A stretch of 52,101 bases of DNA, filler included, from Squatina squatina (Eukaryota), in the NCBI GenBank assembly GCA_031763465.1. It is 3 parts of 3 records of this genome, joined end to end, with 100 filler letters (N's around TTAATTAATTAA, not from the genome) between each part and the next. Parts side by side here need not be neighbours in the genome. Positions count along the whole stretch, not along the records: positions 1 to 15,776 come from JARFOE010000189.1; 2 more parts are not named here. One strand, given 5' to 3'. Under the pieces are notes generated by a model. The model ran no database searches and was not told the DNA's origin. It worked only from the letters and a program-made list of their open reading frames with translations. The translations under genes and the position numbers were made by a program. Shown here in pieces: positions 1-12,608 of this stretch; the first letter of the stretch is position 1, and every line of letters starts with the position of its first letter.

Positions 1-667
1 GCTTACAGCATTACTGTACTTCATTCCCTATTATGGATGGGATTTGAGGACAAACAAATGCATGTGTCTTGTCACTATAAATCATTTTTAAAAATGGTCT
101 ACACTACAAAATTCATTTATAATCGGAGTGCAATCTACAAAATCTCTCACTTTAAACAGATGAAAAGGGACCTTTTAATTCAGAACAATACATCTGGAAT
201 TAGGTCTCATTTTAAGCCGCAATCCTATTTTGTCTACTGAATTCTCCACTTAAATAGGGATTACAAGTATTTTGGAACCAGATCATTAATTTTCTTCCAC
301 TGATTTTCAAGGTGATATTATTGGAAGATTAGCTTATGTTGTTGAAAACTGCAGGTTGTTTAGGCTAGTCGTGAATAAAGATTTTATTGCAACTGAAAAA
401 AAGTTACACATTGACAAATGTTTAATTCCTGTCCTTACAGATTTGAGCAATCGACCAAGTACAAGTTGCACTTGCCATTTCACTTTCTGTAATAAACAAA
501 ACTTAATACTGCAACAAGTCAACTGAGGCATTAAAAAATTCTATTGAACATTTCAGACCAATTACCATGAGGCAGTAACAGCTGTGACTATGTATCTCGA
601 GTGCCAATAGAAAAGTTAAGGGTTTGCTGCCAAATAGAACTTTAAAAAAAACATAAAAACCACTCAC

Positions 668-829
668 CTCACCAATCCAGAAGGACATTTTATCAATTTT
701 GTAAACAGATACAAATGTATCCACGTAGTACAGGAGGAACACATTATGCAGAATGGAGACAAATAAAGATAAGGAACCGTACAGCACTGCTGTAGGTATG
801 TCCAGGCAGCTCACTGATCTGATTCCCAT
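668..829 (-). CDS. MFSD13A: First coding exon of MFSD13A/TMEM180 (MFS-type transporter), 54 aa; an in-frame upstream ATG at 850 would add 7 aa
   Basis: [54 protein letters not shown] matches the remembered human TMEM180 N-terminus ([43 protein letters not shown]). Ends at a GAG|GTGAGT donor at 668/667. Confidence 0.93.
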
Positions 830-1601
830 GACTTCAGCAGACCATTGCATTGTAGCTCCAGCTCCTTCACAGTCATTTTACTTCTGTTTTTGGCAGAGAT
901 GTCTCAAGTTTACGACAGCGGCCGAAAGCTGCCAATCCGGGGTAAGCTGTGAACAGCAATCCAAAGATAACATTGGTATATTCACCAGGACCAACAATAT
1001 TCACCCCTACAATATGCTGCACAAAATCCAAGCTGTTACATTCTTCAATATCAGTCGCCAGTGTTTCTTCTCTCTATGACTTCTTGTGTTACACAAGATA
1101 CAGCCACAGCTGTTCTCCCCACTGGACGAATAAAACAGAAGTACATATTCCAGGTGAATTATAAAAAGACAGGACAGAAAAAAGTGTGGTTTGCATTTCA
1201 CATACAGTTTAATAAATGGGCGTTGAGTTCTGATATAACTGATGTGGTTACTTTTATTTCTGTAACCTAAATTCACCAATAAATCACGTATATAGAAGTT
1301 CCAGTTGCATTTAAACACTAAAATAAAACGGTTATTCGAGCAGGTTCCCCCACCCCCAAACTTATTTTAACATCTCACTGTGTCGAATATCAGAAGTTAT
1401 TTGTGTGGACATGTCAGCTTAATTTACATATAAACATTGGAGCCTGAATGGTTAAAATCCAGCCAGACTGGTGATAAAATTCTCTGCTTTCTACTTTTGG
1501 GNNNNNNNNNNNNNNNNNNNNNNNNNNNNNNNNNNNNNNNNNNNNNNNNNNNNNNNNNNNNNNNNNNNNNNNNNNNNNNNNNNNNNNNNNNNNNNNNNNN
1601 N

Positions 1602-2005
1602 CGCCGCCTGCAAACCCAGCGGCGTACATGTACCCGCCGTACTACCCGTACAACGGTTATTTCCCACACCAACGGGCGCTCGGCATAAATGGCTGGCCTG
1701 AAGGCTTCGCCGTGAAGGGAGAGCTGCACTGGGGCAAGATGGAGCGGGTGTTCGGACCCAAGAGGGAACTGCCCGACTTTGTGCAGGACGATCTGAGGCG
1801 CGTCTACGGCACGTACCCCAAAACCATTGTCACCGTGACCTACCAGAATGGGGAGTACCTGGTGAAGGCAGACCCCAGAGTTGGCGAGCAGAAGTACAAG
1901 GTGGAAAAGAAAGTCATCAGGAAGCCGCCTACCCCCAGCGACGATAGTGAGGGAGATAGCATCAGCAAAGTGGTGGAGAAGCACAAAAGGAAGTCTAAAC
2001 GCTAA
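1602..2005 (+). CDS. C10orf95: C10orf95 orthologue (uncharacterised protein); 5' part lost in the gap, frame open from the gap edge
   Basis: GC/CpG-rich ORF encoding WPEGFAVKGELHWGKMERVFGPKRELPDFVQDDLRRVYGTYP...VTY...DPRVGE, similar to remembered human C10orf95 (WPEGGSLQTELRWGRVERARGPPLQLPDFVRRELRRAYGTYP). Lies divergent to MFSD13A as in human. TAA at 2003-2005; ATTAAA at 2284. Confidence 0.85.
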
Positions 2006-2813
2006 CCATGCATTCATAGCACGCTATGTCAAACAGTGAACGCTATTGCTGCACGAGTGGGAGGTTTGATTACATTCAAAGTACTGAGTTAATACCACAT
2101 CGCAATACAGTGAATAACGATGAGGTCATAATGGGCGGCCAAAGGTTAACCTTGGGTGCGCTTGAGAGGCTAAGTTAGCTCGGGCTTATCAGGTATAGGT
2201 GTGGCTCCGCTGCCTGTTTGTGTACAAAATTCCAAAGCAACCATATCTGCAATTCGCCTCCTGCTGTTTTATGTATTTCATGTATTAAATATATATCAAT
2301 CCTTGAGCTGCTCAAACTCTATGACCCCAGTTCATCTAAATCAGCAGGTGACGCTGCAACAGTAATCGTAACACTGGCTATTCTTACTACCTTCAGAAGA
2401 TGGCGCTGTAAATACCCAATTTTACAAGAATGCCTGAAATAAGAACAGAAAATGCTAGAAACACTCGGGCAGCAACTGTGGAAAGACAGAACTTTCCAGC
2501 ATTTTCTCTCAGGCATGTGATTCAATGGCCATTGCAGGCAGCTGATTTTGCCAGTATCAATGATGGAACCCATCTGCCACAGACTCTCAGTATTGAGCTC
2601 TGGAAACTCACAATGTCATTGCAATACAATCCAATTTTCAAAATCGACTGATTTATTTCTCATTAAAAGTGTAAAATCTACAGAACAATTCTAGATAACA
2701 TTTAAACTTGAAANNNNNNNNNNNNNNNNNNNNNNNNNNNNNNNNNNNNNNNNNNNNNNNNNNNNNNNNNNNNNNNNNNNNNNNNNNNNNNNNNNNNNNN
2801 NNNNNNNNNNNNN

Positions 2814-3476
2814 AAAGCAGTAGAGGGGTCAAGAGAAGTGGTGGAGAGGTGGAACTGTGTGTCATTAGTGTACACGTGTGAGTAGACCCAAGGTGCAGCA
2901 TGTTTGAGGAAGAGGAGGGGGCCAATGATCCTTGGAGAATTCCAGAGGTAACGGCATAAGGTTGTTAAGAGAAGCCATTGCTAGAAATACTCTCACTGCA
3001 ATTGGATAGGTAAGATGGAACCAAGCGAGTGCAACCCCATTGAGCTGGAAAACAGAAGAAAAGCATTAGAGAAGGATGGTGTGGTCAACCATGTTAAAGA
3101 CTCCAGCGAGGTCGAAGAGGACAAGGAGAGATAGTGCACCATCGTCATAGTCACAGAGGATATAAGTTGTGACTTGGAGTATGGCCATTTCAGTGTTGTG
3201 GCAGGAACAGAAACCTGATTGGAGAGATTCATACATGGAGTTGAAAGAAGGATGAACATGGATTTTGTAGGTGACAACACGATCAAGAACTTTGGAGAGG
3301 AAAGGAAGGTTGGAGATGGGGTGGACATTTGCAAGGAAGAGGGGGGTCAAGACGGGTTTTTGAATAGAGGGTTGATGACGGCGGTTTTGAAAGTGAAAGG
3401 AACAGTACCTGAAGAGAGGGAACCATTTGCAATGTCAGCTGGCAAGGGGCCAGAAAGGGAAGTTTGGTGGTTAGCA
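2814..3476 (-). mobile_element. L2-clade LINE reverse transcriptase fragment, degenerate
   Basis: Frameshifted translation SGTVPFTFKTAVINP..., HPISNLPFLSKVLDRVV, QSGFCSCHNTE, LLVLFDL..FNMVDHTILL, typical of L2/CR1-group RT. Confidence 0.85.
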
Positions 3477-4174
3477 NNNNNNNNNNNNNNNNNNNNNNNN
3501 NNNNNNNNNNNNNNNNNNNNNNNNNNNNNNNNNNNNNNNNNNNNNNNNNNNNNNNNNNNNNNNNNNNNNNNNNNNNATGATTCAGGATATTTACTGATGT
3601 TTTGAACATTGGATTCCATAAATCCTTTTGTTGATAATTAGGGCCTTTGGTTTATCGACACTGATTATGATAAATTCCCTTCTTATTTTCTGGAATTACA
3701 GTATTGTCTAAGGATTTGCCTTTGGATTAGATATTCAATTACCAATTTATGGATGGGTATAATAGTGTAATGGTTATGATACTAAACTGGAGGTTGTAGA
3801 GTTCATGGCCTGGATAATCTGGTTCCCACCTGCCTGAACATGAACGAACAAGTGGCAAGTGTGAGCAGAAAGTGGTTCAGCGTGACACTTTACCAAGTCT
3901 GTGCCCAAATATAGGTCTGCCAGCTATTCTGAACCCCTTCCTCCGGAAAATAATGCTAGCATAGCCTACAGTAAACAAAATGGAGGAATGCAAATGAGGG
4001 TAGCATTATGTCATCTGCAATACTTTCTGTCACCTGCCCCTCTATAGGTTGGTTACAGGTGCGCCCCCTCTCAGATTTTAGCGAAGGCTGTTAAAAGGCA
4101 CCGAACCTCTGTTTCAGTGAGGTGGGATTTTGATCTATTACAAGGAGAGCACTTATCATAGGAGATACTTTATT

Positions 4175-4700
4175 GCTATTGCAATAAGGCTGTGGAAAGC
4201 TTTCTGCATATGTATTGGCTATTGATGGCCAGGAAAGGGAAGATTGTGTGTGCAATAGCTTGGTAAAAGAGATGGGTTCTGAAGGAGAGCAAGGCAGAGA
4301 GATTTGCGCAGAGAACTAGAAGGTAAGACTGGATAACTGAAATCCCTGGTGAGGTGAATAAAGGGGAGCTTCCTAACAGGCCAAAGTCAGAGGACATCAA
4401 TGTTGATGGTTGTGGGGCGGGGTGGGCTGGTGGGAGAGAGAGAGAGGGTGCAAAGGCCGGGTGGGGTGAAGCCAAGATAGGATTTTGAGATGAGGACAAG
4501 AATTTTAAATACAAGGCATTGAAAAACTGAAGCCAATGTAGGTAAATAATTGAGGGAGATGCATGAGTGGGACTTGATTTGGGATAAGATGCATGCAGCA
4601 GAGTTTTGGACAAGTTGGGAGTTTATAGCTGGTGGAGGATGGGAGGAGCCAATAAGGAGAACGTTGGAATAATTGAGTTGAGGTAAGGGTTTTAATGGAG
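4175..4700 (-). mobile_element. Old L2 LINE 3' fragment
   Basis: Translates to ...IYLHWLQF...LKFL; same motif (gatgagaattttaaa...agccaatgtaggt) as the L2 copies at 10.1 kb and 15.0 kb. Confidence 0.6.
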
Positions 4701-4861
4701 AGGATTGAAATTTGCCAATCTGATCTGTGTAAGTTGATTTGAGATTGTAGGGTTTCTTACCGTTGATCTTTTTGAAGCATTATGTATGATGGCTAGATTT
4801 ATTGCAGTGCAGTCACTTATGCAAACATATGCAGCAGCAAGTTTGTACATGTGCTTAGTGC

Positions 4862-5266
4862 ACCTACACTGGCTCCCAGCCCACCAATGCTTTCAATTTA
4901 AAATTCTCATCCTCGTGTTTGTCCCTTCATGGCCTCACCCCCGCCTATCTCGATAATTTGCTTTAGTCGTGCAATCCCCCAAATTCTCCATTGCTAAGAG
5001 CTTGGCCTTCTGTGCATGCTCCCCCTCCCTTTACTCCAACCTTCAGCTGTCTAGGCCCCAAGCTCTGTGATTCCTTAACTTCACCTTCATCTCCAGCTCC
5101 CTCTCCTTTTGTAAGACACTCCTCAAAACCCACCTCTTTGACCAAGCTTTTGGCCACCCATCCGAATATCCACTTCCATGACTTGGCATCCATTTTGTCT
5201 GATCGTGCCTCTGAAGCAGCTTGGGACATTTTCTACTTTAAAAGTGCTGTATAAATGCAAGTTGCC
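4862..5266 (+). mobile_element. L2 LINE 3' end
   Basis: tacactggctccc...ttaaaattctcatcc...cttgggacattttctactttaaaagtgctgtataaatgcaagttg tail, shared with 5993-6222 and (reverse) 14672-15137. Confidence 0.75.
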
Positions 5267-5694
5267 ATTTAAAGTGATTTACTGTGTATTTCAATTTTGC
5301 AGTAAAAAGCGCCAGACAGTAAAAGTGTTGATTTTCTGAGCAATGAATTCACTTGTCACAACAATTTCCTTCAGCTGACATGAGACTTAGCAATATACAA
5401 TTCTGCCTTGTAAATAAACAGGTTTAAACTTTGCTTTGCAGATGATGACAATTCATTCAGATTACATTGCTTCAATGCACATTTTCAAAGCACTTTGGGA
5501 CATCTGCACTAATGCTGCCAATAGAATAGGTTAGTACACAACTACTGTTTGAAAAATAAAAGTTCATGGAAAAAAATGATCTTCATGCTGTGTCAGGAAA
5601 AAAAACACATAGCACAGGTTTCTTTTGGGGTGGGTGGTAAGGAAAATGTGTAAATCTCCTGTGGGCATGATACGGAGTTGTGTACACTACAAAG

Positions 5695-5892
5695 ACCCTT
5701 GCCAAGATGCACTGCAGCAGCTTGTCATGGCTTCTTCAGCACCTTCCAAACCCGCAACCTCTACGGCCTCAGAGGATAAGGGCAGCAGATGCATGGGAAC
5801 GCCATCACCTGCAAATTTCCTTCCAAGTCGCACACCATCGTAACTTGGAAATATGTCGCACACCTCTAACAGCACGGTGGGAGAAACATTCA
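5695..5892 (+). mobile_element. Interspersed repeat, LINE 3'-region fragment; second copy at 38780-39058
   Basis: gatgcactgcagc...cttcttcagcaccttccaaacccgcaacctcta...aagtcgcacaccatc..acttggaaatat is near-identical to 38780-38930. Confidence 0.65.
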
Positions 5893-5992
5893 NNNNNNNN
5901 NNNNNNNNNNNNNNNNNNNNNNNNNNNNNNNNNNNNNNNNNNNNNNNNNNNNNNNNNNNNNNNNNNNNNNNNNNNNNNNNNNNNNNNNNNNN

Positions 5993-6222
5993 CAGCTTCC
6001 TCGGCCCCAAGCTCTGAAATTCCCTCCCTAAACCCCTCCGCCTCTCTATCTCTTTCTTCCTTTAAGATGCTCCTTAAAACCTGCCTCTTTGACGAAGCTT
6101 TTGGTCATCTGCCCTAATATCTCCTTATGTGGCTCGATGTCAAATTTTGTTTTATAACTTTCCTGTGAAGCGCCTTGGGACGTTTAACAACATTTAAAGG
6201 CGCTATTTTAATGCGGGTTGTT
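5993..6222 (+). mobile_element. L2 LINE 3' end
   Basis: SFKMLLKTCLFDEAF ORF2 C-terminus followed by the tail gcgccttgggacg...aaaggcgctat. Confidence 0.75.
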
Positions 6223-6348
6223 CCTTTGGTTCAGTTGTCCATTTTTTCGCCCTGCCTCTGAAACACATCGAGGTTTTACTCAGTTACTGTAATAAATGGA
6301 TTTTTTTAAATATACCTGCTTCTGAGATGTTCTGTAATTTAATTTTAG

Positions 6349-6486
6349 GGAAAACTTCACGACTATTGGGAACCTATGTCTGAAGATCTGAATCACATTA
6401 GTCAGTCCTCTGTGTTTGAAGAGGAGATGGAACACTACATGGTTCAAGACGTTAATGATAGTGATAAAAATTTGGACATTGCTTAG
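6349..6486 (+). CDS. SLF2: Terminal coding exon of SLF2/FAM178A (SMC5-SMC6 complex localization factor 2), 45 aa plus stop
   Basis: Acceptor ttttag|GGA at 6348/6349. Reads GKLHDYWEPMSEDLNHISQSSVFEEEMEHYMVQDVNDSDKNLDIA*; the remembered human C-terminus is GQLHDFWVPDS. Followed by long AT-rich 3'UTR-like sequence and lies upstream of a SEMA4 gene as in human. Not in the ORF track (too short). Confidence 0.7.
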   Translation, partial: GKLHDYWEPMSEDLNHISQSSVFEEEMEHYMVQDVNDSDKNLDIA

Positions 6487-7300
6487 TGCAACAAGTATAG
6501 TTTTTTTTTTACAGTTATAAAGCTACAATCCTGTTATATACATATATATAAAAAAAAAATTAGACCTTAATCAATTTGTGTTCTGGTTTTTGTTCTCACA
6601 TCTGGACCTACATGTGGTTTGGAAGAACTTCTATTAAACTTCATTATAGCGGTAAATGTTTTTGATATTTTAGCTCTATCAAAAGATATATCAGAAAATA
6701 TTTTGTAATAATGTTGGAGATAAGAGTTTATTTATATAATTGCAGCCATGTTTGCAATGTTTTGTAGCGTCAATTTTATTGCTGTACATAAAAGATATGC
6801 CTCTTTTTGTAATGTTCTAATTTTTATTGTACTTTGATACTGTAATTGAACCTTTAAAATGTTCTACTTGAAAATGTCAAAGTTTTTGTTTCGCTTTATG
6901 CCATTTGAAAATCAAATTGTTAGGTTTAATGGACTGTTTCATGTGGAAGATGCAACGAATTCTCAAATCGCTAAGGGAAATAAAATAAATGGCAAGCTGC
7001 ACATTTATACATACTGAGGCTGGAATTCTCCAGCTTGCAGACTCTAAACTCTGTGTGCTAATTGACTTTGCTCGTATCTCTGTCCCAACTCTTGAGTTTT
7101 AAATTGTAGCCTATAATACTGGCATACACTTTAAAATGTTCATGTATGGTTAAGGTTCTCCACATTTTAAATCTTTTTTCCTTTCTCTGACCTCTTTTCC
7201 AATGTAATTATTTGTCTATTTGCACTAGCATGCATTAAGATGACTTGTAGGCTAAAACAGCCAAGGCCAGCCCTAATTTATACATGTGTATGGAATAAAA
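6487..7300 (+). other. Probable SLF2 3'UTR with AATAAA signals near 6979-6989 and 7294
   Basis: AT-rich, repeat-poor sequence after the stop codon, with canonical polyA hexamers. The true 3' end cannot be determined. Confidence 0.45.
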
Positions 7301-9084
7301 GGCCGGTTAAGTGAGTCAAGCGGCATTAATACACCTAGGCAGTTCAGATGTTTCAAGTCAGGAAACAGTCTTGTGTGGTTAATGTGTGCCACTTGAACCT
7401 CAACTGTGTTTCTGCCTTTAACTCTTTACCTAACTCTTAATTTATGTATAAGTTGTAAATTTATAGCTGCCTCCCATCTTTAGGGGGTCCAAATGAAAGA
7501 ATCTTGTGACTTGGACAATTACGTAAGACTGTGTGACTGTTGAAGAGTATTATATGCTTGGTTTTGTGTGTAGAAAATGGTGGTTTATTCACTACCTGTG
7601 TACATTGTATTTATATTTTTTTCCTCTCCAACTAGTGCAGGGTGGTAGAGTTTGCTTCTCTGAAACATTGCAAAACTTCCAACAGGAACAAACTGCCGCA
7701 GCTTATACCTTTTTAATACTAAAGTAAAAAGGTGTGATTGTTTTCTTAGATTGACTTTTTAAAATTGAGCTGTCCAACCTATTTGACCTGCTTATCTGCA
7801 TTACCATACATGATCATAAGTGGAAGTGATGGTCACAAGTGCTGTTGTCTGGTACACAGTTTGTATAAATGAGATGCACTACCGAATCAAGTCAATTTTC
7901 ACATTATACAAAGAATACTTTCCCTGAAGTTTCATTCCAGGTGCTTCTGTGCTACTGACACCAGCTCCTACCATGGCAGGCCTGGCATTGCTGAGCTTCT
8001 GGCCATGCAGGTTAGGGACGTACATGGCCATGGGAGGTAGGTTCCTCTATAGCACCCCCATGTGACCCTCGGTCAACCTGTCCTCTGCCCCAGAATTAGA
8101 GAACAGGTATGTGCCCAAAGGCCAATTTGACATGTGTCCTGCCAACTTATTGATGGAGGAGTGTTGAGTACCTTGTCTGCCAGTCCTCTAGGCTGGAGAG
8201 TGGCACTGGGAATCGTACATTTAAAAAAAAAGAACCATATAACCTATTTTCTTCACACTCATTCCTGCCTTTGTCCTGCATCCTCGGACAAGAAGCTGTG
8301 ATTGTGATCTGGAGACATCACGTTGATAGGCCATCGAGAGATGGACCTCTGTCGATTGGGACTAGCCCTGCCAGTACTTGTTGCCACCATCTGTCATGGA
8401 GAAACTTGGCAAAACACTTCAATGAGAGATGACGTGGTTGAATGTCTTAAGTTTGGATTTAAACTGTCTAATTTAGTACATAATTTATTACTCTAAATTC
8501 AATATTTCTGTAGAGCAATGTTTTAAAGCATTTGATTAATTAAGTAGTGGTGAATTTAGACAGAAATAATTTCTAGTATTGCCCTTGGTGCACTGTTAAG
8601 ATGAGGAAAAGACTAGCTTCCGCAACATGTTGAAATGCCCATTGGTCTAGTTGAGTGTTGCAAAAAACTGGTTTTATAGTCTGGTATTTCACATTAGAAT
8701 CTTTAACCAAAGGATACAAAATTAAGTTCTCTACTGCTAGTTAATCTACCTCAGGACAGAACTGAGTATTTGGTCAGAGCACTTGTCCTCAGGGCACTTC
8801 TGTAGTAATTCTGCCACCTTGCACTTTAAGCTTAAGAAATGTGTAAAAGACTTGAATATTTTTTTTTCTGCTCTAAAGCAATTGTGTGATGCAGGAAATT
8901 TTCTCTTTAATTTTATTATTTTTTTAAATGAGTCCTTTATACACAAACAATTTTCAAGGTATTTTGGCAGAATAAATTTTCAGTACTTATGACTTTGCAT
9001 TTTTGTACTGCCTTGAAAGAGTTCATTCCACCACATCTTGCTGGGTTTAAACAATTGTCATTTCACATTGTTAAGCATGTGTTA

Positions 9085-9468
9085 CATGGAGTGGCACAGA
9101 AGCAGGCTATTCAGCCCAACTGGTCTGTGCTGCTGTTATGCCTCCTCCCACCCCTCTTCATATAACCTTATCAGTATATCCTTCTATTCCTTTCTCCCTT
9201 GTGATTACCCAGCTTCTTCTTGAAGGCATCTATGCTATTCGCCTCAACTATTCCTTGTGGGAGCGAGTTCCACATTCTAACCACTCTCTGGGTAAAGTTT
9301 TTCCTGAATTCCCACTTGTATTTTCTGGTCTTCCCTGTAAGTGGAAACATCTGTGTACCTTACCAGCCTCTCTTATAATAAAGATCTCTAGGTCACCCCT
9401 CAGCCTTTTTTCTAGAGAAAAGAGCTGTAGTCTGTTCAATCTTTGATAGTTATGACCCCTCAGTTTTT
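9085..9468 (-). mobile_element. CR1 LINE 3' end
   Basis: LNRLQLFSLEKRLRGDL ORF2 C-terminal motif (ORF 9248-9439) plus CR1-type 3'UTR. Confidence 0.8.
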
Positions 9469-10004
9469 AACTTGTTCATGAATCCTCATTCTCTATTAAT
9501 ATCTCCCAGCATAAACACATCCCCCTCATTACCCAATGGAGATTCTACCTAACACATAATGGACTGAAATGTTATTTGAACACCTGCGACACACTCCAGA
9601 CATTTCACACTGATCTTGCATTGTAACTGATGTCATAATACTCGGGCAGTAACTGAAAATGTCACTTTTATGACCTCATTACTGTAATGCCTAGCAACAA
9701 ACTGCTCTCAACACTGCCCATTTAGTTCGCTGCCCACGTTAAGGGTGCACTTCATCTCTGATGGAACAAATGCCGTGTTGACCATTTTCCGTTTCCTTGG
9801 CACAAAACCTAACCCCATCTCTATCTTTCAGCAGAAATTGTGTTGCTCCGTGTCTGAAATCTACCTGGGGCGGTCTTGGCTAAACTTTGTAATCCGTGAA
9901 TCTTGGCAACCGCAGAAACCCTGTGATTTCTCTGCTCTGAGCTGGTACATAAAACGATTGCCTTTATTCATATAGTCATAGAACAACAAAAATCTGAGCA
10001 GCAA

Positions 10005-11295
10005 GGATGCTAATGAGGCCAAAATTTGAGGAGCACAGATGTGATGGTTGTGGTGCTGGAGGAGATTAGAGGTAGGATGGGGCAAGGCCAAGGAGAGATT
10101 TAAAAACCAGGATGAGAATTTTGAAATCTAGGCGTTGCTCAGCCAGAAGCCAATGTAGGTCAGTGGGCTCGGAGTGATGGGTGAACGAGACTTGGTATGA
10201 GTTAGGACACGGGCAGCAGAGTTTTGGATGACAAGTTTACGGAGGATAGAATATAGGAGGCTGGCTAGGAGTGCATTGGAATAGTCAAGTCTGGAGGTAA
10301 CAAAGGCATTGATGAAGGTTTCAGCAGCGGATAAACAGAGGCAAGGGCACAGTGGGACAATGCTCCAGAAGTGGGAATAGGCGGTTTTAGTGATTATGTT
10401 GGATATGTGGTTGGAGGCTCATTTCAGGATTAAATATGACACCAAGGTTGCAAACAGTCCAGATCAGCCTCACAGATGCTGGGGAGAGGGATAGAGTCGG
10501 TGGCTAGGGAACGGAGATTGCGACAGGGACCAAAGACAATGGCTTCGGTCTTCCCGATTATTGAGTTGAAGAAAATATATGCTCATCCAGTACTAGAAGT
10601 CTGACAATTTAGAAACCGTGGAGTGGCAGTGAGGTAGAGCTGGGTGCCATCAGCCTACAAGTGGAAACTGACAATTTTCCGATGATGTCGGTGAGGAACA
10701 ACATGCAGATGAAAAATAGGAGGGGGCCTAGGTAAGATCTTTGTGGGAGACCAGAGATAACCCTTTGGAGCGGGAAGAGAAGCCACTGCAGGTGAATCTC
10801 TGGCTACGATTAGATAGATAAGAATGGAACCAAGTGCATACAGTCCCACCCAGCTGGATGATGGTGGGGAGGCATTGGAGGAGAATGGTGTGGTCAACAA
10901 TGTCGAAGGCTGCAAACAGATTTGTGAATTTGACGAGCAGTTTCGGTACTGTGGCACGGGCAGAAATCTGATTGGAGGGATTCAAACATGGAGTTCTGGC
11001 AAAGATGGGCATAGATTTGGGAGGTGACAACACGCTCAAGAACTTTGAAGAAGGAAAGGGAGGTTGGAGATGGTGCAGTAGTTTGCAAGGATGGAGGGAT
11101 CAAGATTTTGTTTTTTGAGATGGATGATGATGACAGATTTTAAGGAGAGGGCGACAGTACCTGAGAAGAGATAACAGTGAGCAATATCAGCTTACATGGA
11201 AGCCAGGAAAGGAAGTTGGTCAGCAGTTTAGTGGGAATAGAGGGAACAGCAAGTGGGTCTCATGGACGAGATGAGCTCGGAGAGGTCATGAGGTG
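10005..11295 (-). mobile_element. L2 LINE RT and C-terminal fragment
   Basis: FKVLERVVTSQI, FESLQSDF, AAFDIVDHTILL, WFHSYLSNRSQ motifs with frameshifts. Confidence 0.88.
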
Positions 11296-11993
11296 NNNNN
11301 NNNNNNNNNNNNNNNNNNNNNNNNNNNNNNNNNNNNNNNNNNNNNNNNNNNNNNNNNNNNNNNNNNNNNNNNNNNNNNNNNNNNNNNNNNNNNNNCATCA
11401 AACCCTTCTCCCAATCTCCACTTAGTGTCAGACTTTTACTCCCATCCCTCCCTGAAACCCCTCAGAACGTTCCACGATGTAAGGGTAGTCAGGAAGAGTT
11501 GAATTGGAGAGAGTGAACCATTACGAACTTGGAATGTTGGAGGAGGAGGGAAAACGTCAAGCGATGCATGCACGTTGTTTTTCTTGTTGGTGCTTCTAAC
11601 TGGTGCTTTGACAGACGCAGTGATGGATCTTTTTTTTTGATTTGCCTATGCTTCATTCCCACCGAGATTATGAATCTGTGACTGGAAAATTGTTCTGGAA
11701 GCATAACTGCGTGATGCCAGAGGAAAAATAGACGGCTTATCTCTTCAGTTTATCTCACCACGCCCGACTTCAACACTATTACACACCTCAGAATGCAGAA
11801 AATGAGTGGCTGCAATCGCATAGTTCACGTCTTCATCCCTTTAATACTTGGAGTTACGCTGTTACCAGTGACACACACTGTGGATTTTGACAATATTCCC
11901 AGAAGGACGGTACCAGTTCATGGTAATGTGGCACTTCATTTTTGTATTGAGTTTACCAGGGTTACAAGGGCAAAAATTTACCTCACTTAGGTG

Positions 11994-12403
11994 TTATATA
12001 CAGAACTTACATTTAGTGGGTTCTATATAGGGATTGTAGATTGGGTAGTATATAGGGCTTACATGTATTGGGTTCTATATAGGGCTTAGATATATTGGGT
12101 ACTATATAGGGCTTATATATATAGTGGGTACTCTATCGGGCTTAGATATATTGGGTATTATATAGCGCTTACATATATTGGGTAGTATATAGGGTTTACA
12201 TATATTGGGTACTATATAGGTTTATATATATTGGGTACTATATAGGGTTTACATATATTGAGTACTATACAGGGCTTGCATATATTGGATGCTATATAGA
12301 GTTTACATATATTGGGTACTATAGGGGGATTACATATAGTGGGTATTATATAAGGCTTACATATATTGGGTTCTACATAGGGATTGTATAGTGGGTTCTA
12401 TAT
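11994..12403. repeat. Minisatellite, about 27-bp unit (consensus TATATAGGGCTTACATATATTGGGTAC), about 15 copies, running into a gap
   Basis: Directly visible tandem array with scattered substitutions. Confidence 0.9.
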
Positions 12404-12608
12404 NNNNNNNNNNNNNNNNNNNNNNNNNNNNNNNNNNNNNNNNNNNNNNNNNNNNNNNNNNNNNNNNNNNNNNNNNNNNNNNNNNNNNNNNNNNNNNNNN
12501 NNNAATCCATTGTAAACAGGTGGATAAATGGTTGTCTGGCAATGGCTGTATATAAAAATGCAGTGCATACACATATATATTTCTATATTTAATATGTTTG
12601 TGTCACAG

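Noticed and set aside
1424-2017. 197-aa minus-strand ORF
   Set aside because: Antisense shadow of the GC-rich C10orf95 frame; it also spans an N-gap.
11994-12403. CRISPR-like array
   Set aside because: Units are contiguous with no unique spacers, there are no cas genes, and the context is vertebrate.
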